Below, one piece after another: positions 22,906-36,483 of a DNA stretch of 64,000 nucleotides. The notes below the pieces were generated by a model. That model did not search any database and was not told the origin of the DNA. It saw nothing but the letters and a program-made list of their open reading frames with translations. Origin of the DNA: Pelomyxa schiedti. Lineage: Eukaryota > Protista > Evosea. Every line of letters begins with the position of its first letter. Within the stretch, counting starts at the first letter, position 1. The DNA is taken from the NCBI GenBank assembly GCA_020536535.1, contig JAHLWZ010000802.1:72677-136676 (forward strand), written 5' to 3'. A program made the translations under genes and the position numbers.

Positions 22906-25032
22906 ATGAACTTTGTGGTGTGGCCCAATACTCTAACCGTTGTCGATGCCGCGGGTGTGCCGAGATCTACGTTTGACTGGAGGCAGACACAAGATCCAGC
23001 GCGCACGTCTTTGCCTGTTGGATCTGTGTTAGTGGGCTGGGACATTGCCGGCTCTGAGAGTGTGGCTAAAGTCATTGTTTTTGCTGTCACACCGCAACGT
23101 GATGACAGTTGTGCCACCTCATCCTCGGACTTCGTAGGTCTTTCGGGTTTTTTCAACGTTTGACCTAAGACTGCCAAGAATTCTGTGCTGGCGCCATTAC
23201 TAGCAAAAATTGCATTTCCTCTCACGCCACTCGGAGTGTGGGGTGGACGCACAAATGCACCTGGGGATGCTCCTCTTACCATGGGTCTACTCCCAGGGTT
23301 TCCTCCCTCTGTCATGTAGTGAGCCTCTTCTTCTGTATTCTGTTGATGAATTCAACTAGTACGCCCAAAGTACCATGGAAGATCATCTTTTATGACATTC
23401 CAAGAGGATCCAATCAGTTTGGATATGAAATGAAGCTCAAATATTCCTCTCAGCTACATATTATGACTTGTATCATTGAAAAGGTGCCTCAACTATGTCC
23501 AGATTTCAGTTAACCCAAATTAAGATTAACTGTAGTCACATCGTTCTTGAGACATTGCAGAATTTGGGTCAGACGTCTAATTTGCATGAAAGCCAGCTAT
23601 CCTACAGTGGGCATTGTGGTGGTAGCGATTTGGGTATTTACAATCCCATTCAATGCTTTTTGTATTTAATGGCTGCAGTCAACCATGTATGTAACAGAAT
23701 AAAGAATTTCCCTCAGCAATCCAGATCTATGGGCACATCAGGTTCCCTTCGATTCGCCAAGTATTTGTTTTATTATTTTGGTCCAAACCTCCTAATTATA
23801 TCCAGGAGAAGGAATGCCTTCCTTCTTATTGCTATTGACATTTTTATTGGGATGATCTCAGCTGTATTTTTGAGAAATTACATGTAATCCTATCATTTCT
23901 GTTGGTGTGACATTGATGCTGAGTAGAAAAAATGTTCCACTCATACTTAAGGGTCTGGCAGAGGCAGTAGGAAATCTGAAGCATGTTGTACGATGGCTTA
24001 TGGGATGCCCAGCTGGGTTAAAAATGAACAAAAACTTAGATGACTTTTTTGGTGATATATGTTTGTACATGATAACTCTTTGGACACGTATGTGAAGCCT
24101 TTCTGAGATTACCATGTAATTTTTTTTCTTAGATTCATTTTTCCCTAAAACAAAAATAAACTTTTAGGAGCTTTGCAGACAGACATAGCACACAAAATTC
24201 TTCACTGCATTCTGGTTTTCTTGTGCTTCATTGCTCTTAGTGGCCTTTCTTCCCTTTTCTGTGCCATAAGTGATATAATGTTCGTTGGGACAATTCATGT
24301 GCATTTATTGTACCATGCCATTTCTCGGTATGTAGGACGAGTAATATTCCATTTTTGACCTTTATTTAGATTGTTTAATTTGATAAATCATATTTTGACT
24401 TCACTGTTCCGCCGGCTTGTAGGGAAGAAACGGAACCCCCTCAGAAAAAGAATTGATACATGTGTGTTCGAGTTGGACCAGATGTTATTTGGCACGGCGG
24501 CATTCTCCATATTAGCACTACTCTGGCCAACCGTCACAGTTGTTACTCCCTCAACCAGGTTACACTAATTTACGGTTAGGTTTATTTTCTCTTTTTCGCT
24601 GGTATGTATTTGATGAGAAATTTCTGTCAGGTAAAGTGTACCCCACTTGTTGGTTTCAAGATACATTTTCCTAGGGAATCCTATTGCTATGCTCGAACGT
24701 ACTTATTGAATTCCCTCTCTATCACTTAACTTCACGTGCTTTTTGCCCTGGGAGCTTCCCAGGTTAGTTTCCATCACGATTTTGGCCTATCAGTTCAACT
24801 TTTTACAGGGGACATGCACCTAGAAATCCTGTCATTTGCTCATCACCCACACACCGGGAACACATTCTTTATGCTGAAGGTACGCACGATTCCCTACCAA
24901 AATGCTTATCCCATATAGAGCACTCCGGTATCCACGTCCGTAATCCTTCAACCTCTCACCTCCCTCATTTCTGCATACACCCGCAATTCCATTGCCAGAC
25001 TCAGAAGCACCATGACCGGGGACTACCATTAA
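22906..25032 (+). CDS. PIGQ: GPI-GlcNAc transferase subunit Q (Gpi1/PIG-Q); multi-exon
   Basis: WLMGCPAGLKMNKNL and GKKRNPLRKRID..ELDQMLFGT..LALLWPT are Gpi1 signatures. The N-terminal VVWP..LVGW..VIVFAV is typical of the family. Confidence 0.9.
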
Positions 25033-25101
25033 ATAGAACCAGATAGAAAATTTTCTATCCCCGCGTGTAGATCGTAACCAAATTAATCACGGCCAAACGA
25101 A

Positions 25102-25799
25102 ATGCAGATGAGCACCACTGCTAGCAGCACCAGCACGACGACGGCCACGAGCACTGCTGTATCTCCTCCTGCAAAATCCACGACCACAACGACTACGTCC
25201 TCTTGCACCACACCCACGAAGCCAAGCCGCGAGGCGCGCGCGGCGGAGGAGACGCCGCGGTCGCGCTTGGGGAAGCGCAGGCGCCCGTCCGGGAATTTGT
25301 CATCTTCGTCGTCGTCCGAAGACAGCGACGTGTCCGATGATGACGAGAGCGACGACGAATCTACTCTCGAGGAGGCAGAACGTAATAATGGCTTTTGATT
25401 TCATTTTATTAATTTCTTTTTCCTACTCTCCCTCTCGCGGTGTTTTTGTGTGATACGGTGCGGGTGCAAGTAAAGAAAAAAAACCATTTTAGAATACAAT
25501 ATACTATTTGGGATTAAAGGAGAGTATAATAGTCTCACATTGATACAGAAGTGGATGAGGAGGAATCTGGTGATGAACTTGCAGACCTACAAGCCAACAT
25601 GGACACACCACTCGAGGAGCTTGTGAGGGTGTATGGTGTTCCACCGGGGCAATCAGCAGTGAGTGGGGCCACTGGAGGATCAAAGGCTGCTTCACCGTCG
25701 TCATGCACATCCACTACATCCACTACTTCCACCACTTCAACAACAAGTGTGAGGCCTCCTCCATCTGCAAAACGCACCAGAAGCAACCAATCCTATTGA
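25102..25799 (+). CDS. Small acidic/low-complexity protein with MIER1/SWR1-type 'EL..L....D.PLEEL...Y' motif; 3' end uncertain
   Basis: STLEEAER..intron..DEEESGDELADLQANMDTPLEELVRVYG, plus a basic NLS-like KRRR. Confidence 0.5.
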
Positions 25800-26429
25800 G
25801 TGGAATGAAATAGAATTGAATTCTATTTTCTGTTATTATTACTTTCACGACGCTACAATATGTACCATTACGGCTGGAACAAGGAATTGTGTAAATGAGG
25901 AACACCGGGAGGTTGATAGTGGCCGACGTTTTCCTGTTCAAAACTATTAATAACACCAGGCAAGGGACCAGAGATGCTGATGAGGGTGATGATGACTGCC
26001 ACGAGCGAAAAAGTGGAACAAACCACACCTAGTGATAGGGATGCCACAGCACAAGAGGACATTGCGAATTTGGGTGCACCACCAATCAACATCGGAGGAT
26101 AACCACTAGATGTTGTTCTAATTCTGGCAGAAAGCACCATAGAGTGCAATAAGCTGTTCTTGGCCACCAACGAGGTTCCTTTCCTTTCTTCTCCATATGT
26201 ACTTTATTGTTGTTCACTCTGTTGGGTTTAGCGCCATTAGGCATGCTTTTGACATTGTGTTGCGTTGTCCTGCCGATAACAGTGCCACTGGAATTCTCAG
26301 TGTTGCAACGTGATACCAACTTGTCACGCCAGACAATGGCAATGACCCTTCAGAAGCGGTACATCCCCCGAACAAAAACCATGCAAAATGTTTTTCTTTG
26401 TGTAGAGGAAAAAAACCAATAGAAAAAAG

Positions 26430-29400
26430 AAATGTTGCTCTCCACTTTGGTTTGTTTGCACACAGCTCTTCCTTCACAAGCAGTTCTCTTGTAGGACTGG
26501 CCCATCAACGATAACATTCTATTCTGGAGTGTGCCTTGTTCCTGAAGTGAGTCCACAATGATTATTATGGATCATGTGGTGAGAGCTGACTGCAGAATCG
26601 CCGATAGCAACTTACGTTGACTTTTGGATGCCATCAATCCTTTTAAATCCGAATAAATCCAGCGTGGTGACTGTGTGCCAACTGCTGGATCCCATATCAG
26701 AGCTTGTTGGGTGTCAGGGAAAACAGAATCCCAGTTCAGCACAGTGTGGAATGAATATACCCAGGGAGAAGTGTGTTGTGGAGGTGAGGTCCCCTTTGCT
26801 CCGAGCTCCAGTACTTTGTTACTGTATAAGTTCTTAGACAGAAATGTGAGGGAGGGGTTTTTTGTTGAAGAAGTAAGTTCCTCACCAAAGATTTCTAAAC
26901 TAATGCTGGCAAGTACAAGAGAAGTAAATTCCTGTTCGCACAGCAATGCCCATCATCCTCCCCACTAGTTTGTGCATCTTGGGGTGCTCAGAGCTTGTGA
27001 AAGAAGGTCTTGGGAATAAACTTCATTCATATGTGGTGTTGAGCATGTTATGAACAGTGACATTTACTGCTGCGTCTGGGCCACTTCAGTGAAGAACTGT
27101 CTGTATGTTACAACTATTCTGCAGTTCAAGGTGGCTTTTGCATTCACCCTCTACATTTTAACCTCTGAAGGTTAAACTGAGTTTTATGGCGGTGTGGTGC
27201 TCCACCAGGTTTCCGATACCTCAGCAGGGCAGGGTGCACATTTAGCAAAAGCTGCCCTGAACATAGTGTAGCAAAGGGAAGGCTCCTCTCCTTCAGATGC
27301 TGCTGTTGTATATTAATTTTGGAAAATTGTATGTACAATGCAAACCTTTCATGCTACACGTACAGCTGTTGATATCAAGCTGCTTGAACGAATTCAAGAG
27401 TATGCCAAAAGTCTCTGAATGGATTTAAGAGGACAGAAAGAAGTGGTCTATTACCAGGGTTTTCTGCCAGCTGTTTCAAATCTTTGTCTTTGTGAATTCA
27501 TTCATAGTCAGTGAAATGTTTTCCTGCACCCACAAGTTGCAATGCATCAAGTTCCTGAAGGGTGATCATACCCTGGTGGATTGTTACCAAACCGAGAAGG
27601 TTAGGTACCGGTAACTGCTTGCCAAATCTGGAAAAGAGTGTTTCTAAAGCAGATAATGCTGGTGAAGCGAGTTCTTTACTTCTGGTAAATAACTTTTACA
27701 TGCCAATACTATAATGTGTTGGTAGAAGCAAATAGAAAGTTGAGCATAGATCTTGGATTGTTTTACTGCTCCAATCTGGTTGGAACCTGGTCCACCTTCA
27801 AGGGGCTGAAGGTGTCATTGTATTAGAAACATGGAAAGCAACCACTTCCATAAGTTTTGGAACTTCTGGGATTTCCACCTCCGTAGGAGAAGTTGTGTTG
27901 GATGGTGAAGAGCCTGGTATTGCAGCTGCAGATTCCTCCTGCAGACTTGATGAAGGACTTGACTCCCCTACCACTGGGGACTCCATGGTTTCTGGGCTGC
28001 TTGCTATCCATGCTGTCATCCTTTGATTTTGACTCCTCCACCTCTTACCCAAGCTGGTAAAAGTGAAGCCAAAATCTTCAAGGAACACACAGATTGAAGA
28101 GAGTACAATTGCAAGAGCAAAATCATACATGAGCTGCTTGATCTGAATCTTGGTCAAAATGAATAAAGTAAGACATGTGTACCAACCTTCATCAGCACCG
28201 TCTGGTTCTAGTTTCTCAACACTGTATTGTAAGGTCTTGGTAACGGCAACTGCAGGGGCAGTGTCATATTCGTCCAGTGAGGCCTGATGCCAAACAAATC
28301 ACTTGGCTATATGCTGATCAGAGGATTTTGGTGTGGAGCCAGCCAAAGATGCTGAGCAAGAGCTGCAGTGGTTGCCTCTGCAATTGACATCTGCGTTGCA
28401 GTTGGTGATACAGTTGATGACTGGGAGTCTATCTTCTGATGTGACAGGTGGAGGGAGAGTCAGAGAAGCTCTTGCTTCCTACAGTAACATGTACCACACT
28501 TGTTTGGAGATGAAAGCAGAGACTGGAAATAGGTTGTGCAACTCCAGCCTTGTAACTAGCAATCAGAGCAACTCGAGAAGATAACTTAGTAAATACCAGC
28601 AATTGCCATCACCACCCACTGTTGCTTCCAAAAAAAAAGAGACACAGTCAAATGGTATTTTGGGGTGCCTGAGGTGCGTGCACACAGAACTAAAAAAAAA
28701 AAGGTATCAGTCATTTGTGTGTTTTGCATAACATACATAAGGAAATGCTGTAAAGGATGTGTGTTTGTTGGTTTTCTGTCGTTGGGAATAGAAACCTAAA
28801 CTGCAGGGAAACAAACAAATTTTTCACAAAAAAAAACCAAAAAGGAGGCACCACCTGGTGGTGGCCACAATTCACATTCAGATTCACAGTCAGTAGTAGA
28901 ATATCTGCCTGCATCTCTCAGAGAGGGGCCACACTAAAGTCACCACCACAAATTGGCTATGCAAATCACCCAACAACAGAACCAACAGGTCTGGTTAGCA
29001 CTCCCCACCAGGTGTATCTTTGCTTGCTTGCTTTCTTGGGGGGTTGTTTTTTTTTTGTTGTTGTTAGTATTGTGGCTGCTTAGAGTGCTGTGTCCATGGT
29101 TGAAAGGTGGCACCCAATTTGTAGTTTACACTATGGACACTACTAGTTGGCTATGCTAAGCACCAAACAACCACAGAGCACATAATACACTTGAGGCAAA
29201 AATACCACAACACAACAAAACAAAAAAAAAGAGCAAGCCAAAGAAGTGACCCAAAAGGGTCCACCTGTGTGGACATCAGAGAACCCCAGGGGGCCTGCAC
29301 AACACTGTTGTTGGGTGGCACCCAATGCAGTAGCTAGCTGACCCCTCAATGAGAGAAAGAAACCACCTGGTGGTGGCCACAATTCACATTCAGATTCACA

Positions 29401-29640
29401 GTCAGTAGTAGGGAGTAGTAGTAGCACAGAGAACAAACAGAGAGACAAGACAGTGTAGTAAGTTGGTAGATAGCAGTGTCATCATCAATATCACTCAAAT
29501 GCAAAATGGATGGACAAACCAGAACTGAACTTGAAATGGTAACCAGCTTTCAAATGTCAATGGGCCACAAACAGAGCATGCAGTGGCACCCAATTGAGTA
29601 TCTCAAGGCTTCATCCACCTGTAACCATCATCACACAGCA
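26430..29640 (-). CDS. Uncharacterised multi-exon protein (boundaries approximate)
   Basis: Chain of open frames flanked by GT..AG on the minus strand (e.g. 26572-26946, 27798-28157). No family recognised. Confidence 0.4.
28850..29411. repeat. 50-bp exact direct repeat (28850-28899 and 29362-29411)
   Basis: accacctggtggtggccacaattcacattcagattcacagtcagtagtag occurs twice with starts 512 nt apart. Confidence 0.9.
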
Positions 29641-30173
29641 CCACCAAACAGCCAGACACCACAGTAGATCCCCCCACACCCTTGCTTTCCCCTCCTTATG
29701 CCAAAAACTAATAGTAACTTAAGGATGCCAAAAAGCAACAACACATAGACAAAAAAAAAAAACCAAGTAAAGACAATAACAAAGCAATACAACAAGAGCA
29801 CACGTTTTGTGGTGTACTACAAAACCGAATCGGGGCCGACGCGGAAAAGCAACTGCGATCGGCACTCTACACCCACCCGAAAAAGAGTCGTTTCGTTACT
29901 TCCGACGTTGAACGCGTAATGTGCTCGCGGTGTCGCTGTGTTGTCGTGCCACGTGTCAGCTGCGACAATTCTGGAAAATGATTTTTCTTTTTCGTGCAAC
30001 TGCGTATGATAGAAAATTTTCACAGAGTGATCCAGATCTGGAAAGCATTTCTCCTCTCCCCACTGGCAACGATGCAGCACCAAGCCACCTCGGTGGGTGA
30101 AGGTCCTTTCTCCTGCAGGTCAACTAATGTTGATTCCACTCTGTTAGTGGTGGATCGCGGAAGAAGAAAAAAA

Positions 30174-32413
30174 ATGACCTCGTCGCTGTGTCGGTTTGCG
30201 TCGCAGTTTATCACGCAGGCGACGAGCCCAAGCGCGGTTGGGCACCCAGCGGCAGCCACCACCAACGTGGCCGCGTTCGACCTGGCCACGCTGTCGCAGC
30301 CCCTGGCCACAGCCACCGGCGACTGCCACCCGTGCTCCCGCTGCGGCTCCGTCCTCAGCCGCCACGACGCCTCCCGCCTCACCCGGGCCCCCGCCGCCAC
30401 CACGGACACCGCAACCGCCACGACGACCACGACCGCGAGCACGAGCACGAGCAGCAGCAGCGTGGGGGGCGGAGGAGGAGGAGGAGGCGGAGGGAGCAGG
30501 TGGGTGTGGCGGTGCCAGTTCTGCGGCGCCGCCCAGGGCGTCGACGTGGCGCCAGAGGAGATGCCCTCCACGTCCCTCGTCGAGTACGTCACTAGCTCGC
30601 CTCCGCATTCCGCTGTCTCCGCTAGTGCTGCCACTTGTTTGGTTTTCTGCCTGGGTGTGTGGTGTGATGATTATGGGAGTTATTAGGGTTTTCATTTTAT
30701 ACGGCTATTCTTGTAGTAATGTGATAATATGCTTTCAACTTAATCGATTACTGCTCATTAACTACTCCAGATGTTAGTGGGTCTATGTGTGTTACTAGTG
30801 AGGTTCCAACAACGGGAAGAGGGAAGCCAAAGTATGTTTCAAGGCTGGAGTGTGTGCAGCAAGCAGTTACTTCGCAATTGGCTGCACTGGCTTCCGCTAA
30901 TAAAAACTGCAGGGTTGGTCTAGGTATGACCTCCTTGCGCCATAAATACCACTCCACTTAAGATCAACCCGCACTTGACAAGTGCAGTCACTTTTAGTGA
31001 TGACGTGAGCATTTTTGGTGATGGAACAAATACCTGTGTTACTGTTGCTGGGGATAAGCTTAATGACTGGGATCAGCTAGTAATAAAACCCCCACTCTAT
31101 TCTCCCCATTAAAATACTTTTTCCATGCAGTTGAACATTGGAAAGGAGAATGCAGTAGAGAAACCGATTTCCGAAACGCACAAATTCCTGGCAGAAGCAG
31201 TGCGTGGTCTTAATGAGCAGGGGAAAACTGCCCTTGGTCCTGCTTTGCTTGTTTCTACGGGGATAGCCTCCCAATACCCCGGATCACGAGTTGTTATTTG
31301 CACCGACGGACTGGCCAATGTGGGAGTGGGCAACATAGAGGAGGGTGGTCTGCAAGGGGGTTCTTTTTACTCTGCTGTTGGCGACCTTGCCAATGCTTCA
31401 GGTAAAACCTTCAGATCCTGCCTATTGATTTACATACCACTATAGGTGTCTCTGTGTCTGTTGTGAGCATTAAAGGATCACATTGCTCAATTGAAAACCT
31501 TGGAAGGGTAGCTGATGCAACTGGTGGAATTGTGGATATGGTTGATCCTGTGAACCTGGATCTCAACTTTAAGTGAGTAAACAATGTAATCTGTATCTAT
31601 TCTTACATCTTCAGATCTGTCCTGCAGAGGGTCGTCATTGCCACTGGTGTTAAACTTAACATGATAATACACCCGAGCTTTTGTTTCAGCTCTAATACCA
31701 ATTCTATCTCGATTGATGTCGGAAATGCCAATGTAAGGAATACCGTACCCAGTTCCACTTCAGCTCAAGCACCACAGAGTGATACCCAAGTGACCTTTGA
31801 TTTCTATTCTGTGCCATCTGTTGAACCCCCCAGTGAAGTTCCTTATCAAGTTGTTGTAAATTACACGCGGGTGGCAGATGGAGCTCACTGTGTACGTGTA
31901 TATACATCCACATTGCCATACACACCAGACAAAGCAATGGCGGAGCGAGCTGTAGATGTCATGGTTGTTGGCTTGCATGTATCCAAGAAATCTGCCATGT
32001 TGGCTCAGGAAGGTAGATGATAAGCCTTGTTATTGAATGCACTCTGACCTTCATAACTCAGGCAAGTACGAACAATCTAAAGCGGTGGCTATGGCTTACT
32101 CAACCTTATTGGAGCGATCAGTTCACACGCCAACGCAGATTGCTCAGTTCCAGTTGTTTTTGAAACAGCTTCGGAATGCCGAAACAGAAATTAACTCCGC
32201 ACTTGCTGAAGAACACACCAAGGGAGTCTCAGGGGCTTCCGCTAGTGTACGTTGTGTTCTTTTTATTATTCCTCCCACATGCATAGAAAAACACATCTTC
32301 AATCTTACTAACAAAATATCATACAGGTTCGATGTAATGTTCGTACAGACAGAACAGCAGCAATGATGTACAGCATGAAAGGGAAAGAGGCTGCTGGGTG
32401 CATTTTGTCCTAA
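30174..32413 (+). CDS. Sec23/24-type Zn finger plus VWA protein (circularly permuted Ras protein 1-like, no Ras domain seen) with C-terminal CaaX; multi-exon
   Basis: TGD..CSRCGSVLS..WRCQFCG..EEMP, LVFCLDVSGSM (MIDAS), YVSRLECVQ, G.TALGPAL, VVICTDGLANVGVG. The last exon ends GCILS-stop. Confidence 0.82.
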
Positions 32414-32454
32414 AAAGTGGATTTAAATTTTAAAAAAAAGCATTCTGTTTTAGT

Positions 32455-34216
32455 TCATTCTGTCCACCCTTCCACACAAGTTGGGTTACATTCTACCGGC
32501 GGGTCCTCAGTGTATAGACAAGGTTTGTATGTGTTATCACTTGCTGGTGTATCTTTGCTAGAGTGCCACCATTTGGAGACTGCTTGCTGTAAAGTGACCC
32601 CGTCAATGGACAACTGTTTTTGGATTAGGTTTAGGAAGTGTTTGCAATGAGTGTGTACTGATGTCCATGCCCTATCATAATCTTCTGTGCAGTGTGATAA
32701 GCAGGAGGATATAAATGCTCCATTCCCAGGTTCATAAAGTGTTTTTATGGAGTCGAGAGTATTTGTAAACGTGTTAGAGTATTCGTTCATAACTTGTACC
32801 TTCGGGAAATGTGAGTTCCAGGCAGAACTTGACAATCCAACTTTTGGTATTAAAATCTTTGGTTGGTTATCCAACCTGTGATGGAGTACACATGGCTATG
32901 TCAGTGAGTGTACAGTTCTGCCACTCGGGATACACAAAGCAAAAACCGTTATATGGGGACTCTGGTGGCATTGGCCATGACAAAAGTCTTCAACCTGAGC
33001 ATGTATCAGAAAAAATGCACATGGGACAGCCATACCTATTTGCCAAAGGTCCACTGCCTACATGCATTTAAGTACAATCTTCGTAAAGGGCGTTACTCAC
33101 CGAGTTAACAACAAATGTTGGTATTGTAGTATGCGCATAGTTATTGACCGCAAATATGCATCGCCATTCTTCCCCTTCTTTGGCAGCTTGGAGACAACGT
33201 TGGTTTACACCAGCACTGCAGTTCTGCATTTGGAAGACGTATTCCATTTGCGAGCTATAGACCGGCTTTCCCTTTTGAAGATTAGGTACCGCAAAGAGAA
33301 ACATTGGTACTACGTTGATGTTTGTATGATCCAAGAAAAATCCACACATAGGTAAGCTCTTATATATTTGAACAGATGGTGGGAGTAAACTCTGAACATA
33401 ATCCGCATGGAAAAAAGTGGCTAATCCTAGTTTTTTTTAGCATTACTCAGAACACAAGAGGGGATGGGGACAAGTACCTCCTGCGGAACATCCTGTAAGA
33501 AGTACATTCTCTGCATTTCCGAAATTGTGGTCCCGTTTTAAATGAGAGAAAACCTGGTCCAGGATTGTTCTCCCACGGAAATACTGTCCATGTGTTGGAA
33601 CTTACAATTGCCTTAAGTTTTGTACCAATTTCGTTCCATTATATTCAATTGGTTCCTCCAAGTAGCCAGAGAACGATGCTCCGTCACAATAAGGCAACCA
33701 GACCAAGTTCCAGTCGTAGAAATCTGGGTTCACAGCAGGGTCATCTGACAATGAAGCATACATAGATACATTCGACTGCCACACTGTACTTGTGCCAAGA
33801 TATATATGTGACCTGGCTTCACAGTCAGCCTCCTCATAGCACCATCCTCCTCCTGTAGTATAAATGCAAATTAAATGTGTTGCCAAACAACTAGGGAAAA
33901 CTTTGTTAACATTCATACCTTGGAAGTCCAACTGCCAATTGTTAGCTGCCCCCACACTAGTTGCCTCTCTGATATAATAGCCCGCTGGTGATCCTACCCT
34001 CAAAATTAGATACCGCCTTATTGAACACAAAGAACACAAGCACATTGAAGTGGCAACAAACAGTTTTACTGTGTACTATTGGGTTTGGTTTGCTTATTTA
34101 CCATCAAGACACACAGCCCCAGTCTCAGAGTAGTCGTCAAATAGAACTTGCCTCAAAATGGTGCCGCTGCAAAGGCTAACCAGCAACAACACTCCAACTT
34201 GGTGCAGGGCTGTCAT
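32455..34216 (-). CDS. Secreted pectin acetylesterase/Notum-family carboxylesterase; multi-exon
   Basis: Signal peptide; AVCLDGSPAGYY, FQGGGWC, NPDFYDWNLVWLPYCDGASFSG, LLTGCSAGG nucleophile motif, GAFISSCLSHC. Confidence 0.92.
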
Positions 34217-34467
34217 GGCACTCTGATTGCACGAAGGGCACGAAAACAAAAATGTGCATTTTTGTTTTGTAGTGGAAACAACGAAAAGGAAGAAAATATA
34301 AATTTATGTTGATTTTCACTTGTACACCACTTCTAGGTGAGTGCAGCCTTGTTTCATTCTTCCTTCTCTGTTTGCTTTTTGAGGTGTAAATACACATAGA
34401 AACAACTCTTCACCACTTGAGCCACATTCTCATTGCCTGCAGAATATGTTATGTTGTGATGAAGGAA

Positions 34468-36291
34468 TTATGGTGTAGTTTCTGGTAACCAACCTCTGGC
34501 CACGCTATCAGCATAGCCTTCTAATTGTTTGTAAAAAGAAGAATCAAGACGCAGTTCGACGCCATGTGCGTTGGCAATGTTTTGGATCATCCTGCGGTCT
34601 CCAATCTGTTAAATATTAATACAAGCAAATGATTCTGAGACCCATACATTTACATCATGCTCAGTCTTAAGCTTAGCCTCAGTGGTAAATAGAGCCAGAG
34701 CTTTTTCTTCTGTGAAATCGGAATGTGGGCAGTTCTTGATACTATCCAACAGAACCTTGCAAAATGTAGACAGCCCATGGCAGCCAGCATCTAGGTAGTC
34801 ACTGGACTTACGTATGTGACGACTGGTTTTTGCCAATTGATGGAAACCCAGGTCCTTGGCATATTTCCTGTTAAACCAGTGTCCTGGAAAACTGAAGTCC
34901 ACAGTATAGTTTCCAAGTTGGAGAGGTGCTGGAGGTGGAATCTCTAAGAACCGGTTCATTCTTTCGTGGGAGACATTGTCTACTCCTCCAGTAGGAGCTT
35001 CCGGCGGACCGTACCGGTTGGGGGGCACACTCTTACGCCTTGTAGGGAGGGGTTCTGGTTTTTTTTCCCACCCACCCTTGAGTGTGCCTACACTTCTCCC
35101 CTGTGCTGAATCGACAATGCTTGTTTCTTCTTCAAGTTCTTCGTCGGATTGTTCTTCGAGTTCTTTGAGATCTTTGAGTTCTTCTTCGAGTTCTTTAAGC
35201 TCTTTGAGCTCTCTGATTTCGTCTTGAAGATCTTCTTGGGATTTTGCTTTGGGTTGGCGTAACATAGATCGGTGTTCGGCGGGCAAAGTCTGCTCTGAAA
35301 TGTAAGTGGTTTCATCCTCACCCGGTATTGCTTTGCCTTGGTCTGAGGTTCGACTAGGGGATGGACTGAACACCACTTTTGGTTTTTTCTTTTGTTGGCT
35401 GGATGGGGACTGATGCTTTTTGCAGCTTTCTTTCTCTGTTTTGTGGAGAAGTGGAGATAGGTCTGTGGTTCTTACGGCACTGAACTTCAGAGGTTTTCTT
35501 GGTTCTTCCAGTTCAGATTTCCTAAGGCGTTTACTGGGAGATACCTCCTGCGCCGCATTATCAGCAGTACTAGGCTTGCTGGAACTAGTAGTTGTAGTGG
35601 TAGTTGTAGATGTTGTGGTGGTAGAAGATAAGGACTTTGGCACTGAGGGAGCAGAGTTTTGGTGCCCAGAAAGTGGCAGGTTCACTCTCATGGATTCAGT
35701 TGAGTCAGTAGGGCTCCTCTTTCGCGGCACACTTGGCTCCGCCACCCAGTAATTATCCGTTGCATCATAAGTATCATCGGCACTATCTTTATCCGCAGCA
35801 GCACTCACTTCTTTCCTCATCCCAGCCGCTGCTGGAAAGTGCCCCGTGTGTGCTGGTATTGATACATGCGGAAGCGGCGCGAATGGCGGCGACGATAGCT
35901 TGGCCCTTGTCTGCGGATGCGGGTGCGGGGGCGGCGGTGGTGCCGTAGTGGCTGGTGTTCGTGGTTCTGCCATTGGAGGTGGAACCGCCTTTGCTGCTTC
36001 TCTTTTCTCTCCAGTATTAGCAAAGTGTGGGTGCGATGGCCGCGAGGGCGGCGATGGTTGCGGCGGCGCCGGCGACGAAGAAGGAGAGGCAGCGGGGGGC
36101 GGCGTTGAATTGAGGACCTCCAGCGCATGGCGCAGGGTGACGAAAAGGCCCAGGGGGAATCCCATGGTGTGGAGGTCCTGCTCCCTGAGCAGCCTCAGTG
36201 TCCTCATGCTGCATATCCTGGCGCTTTGGAACTTGTCCTGGCACTCGGCACAGTCGTTTTCGGCAAGCCACTTGATTAGCTCGTTGTCCAT
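34468..36291 (-). CDS. SAM-domain protein with uncharacterised conserved C-terminal domain (paralog B)
   Basis: N-terminal SAM (LIKWLAENDC..LRLLREQDLHTMGFPLG). C-terminal FPGHWF..YLDAGCHGLSTF..HDVN/intron/IGDRR..DSSFYKQLEGYADSVARG. Confidence 0.82.
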
Positions 36292-36483
36292 GTCGCTCGC
36301 TCGACTGGCGAATCGTTGCTTTTGTTTCTGTCGCCTGAGTTGCAGATTTCAGATTCGTTTAAAAACGGTTGGTAGAAGGAACAGTTTTCCTCCAACTATG
36401 AAGTTTCCCATAAGAAAGTTGGGGTTCTTTTGCTTTTTGGTTCTTGCTAAAACCTTTGCAGCCGCAAGGCAATGGGGTGAGTG

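Noticed and set aside
22902-23315. 137-aa minus-strand ORF
   Set aside because: It is the antisense shadow of the PIG-Q 5' exons, which carry recognisable motifs on the plus strand.
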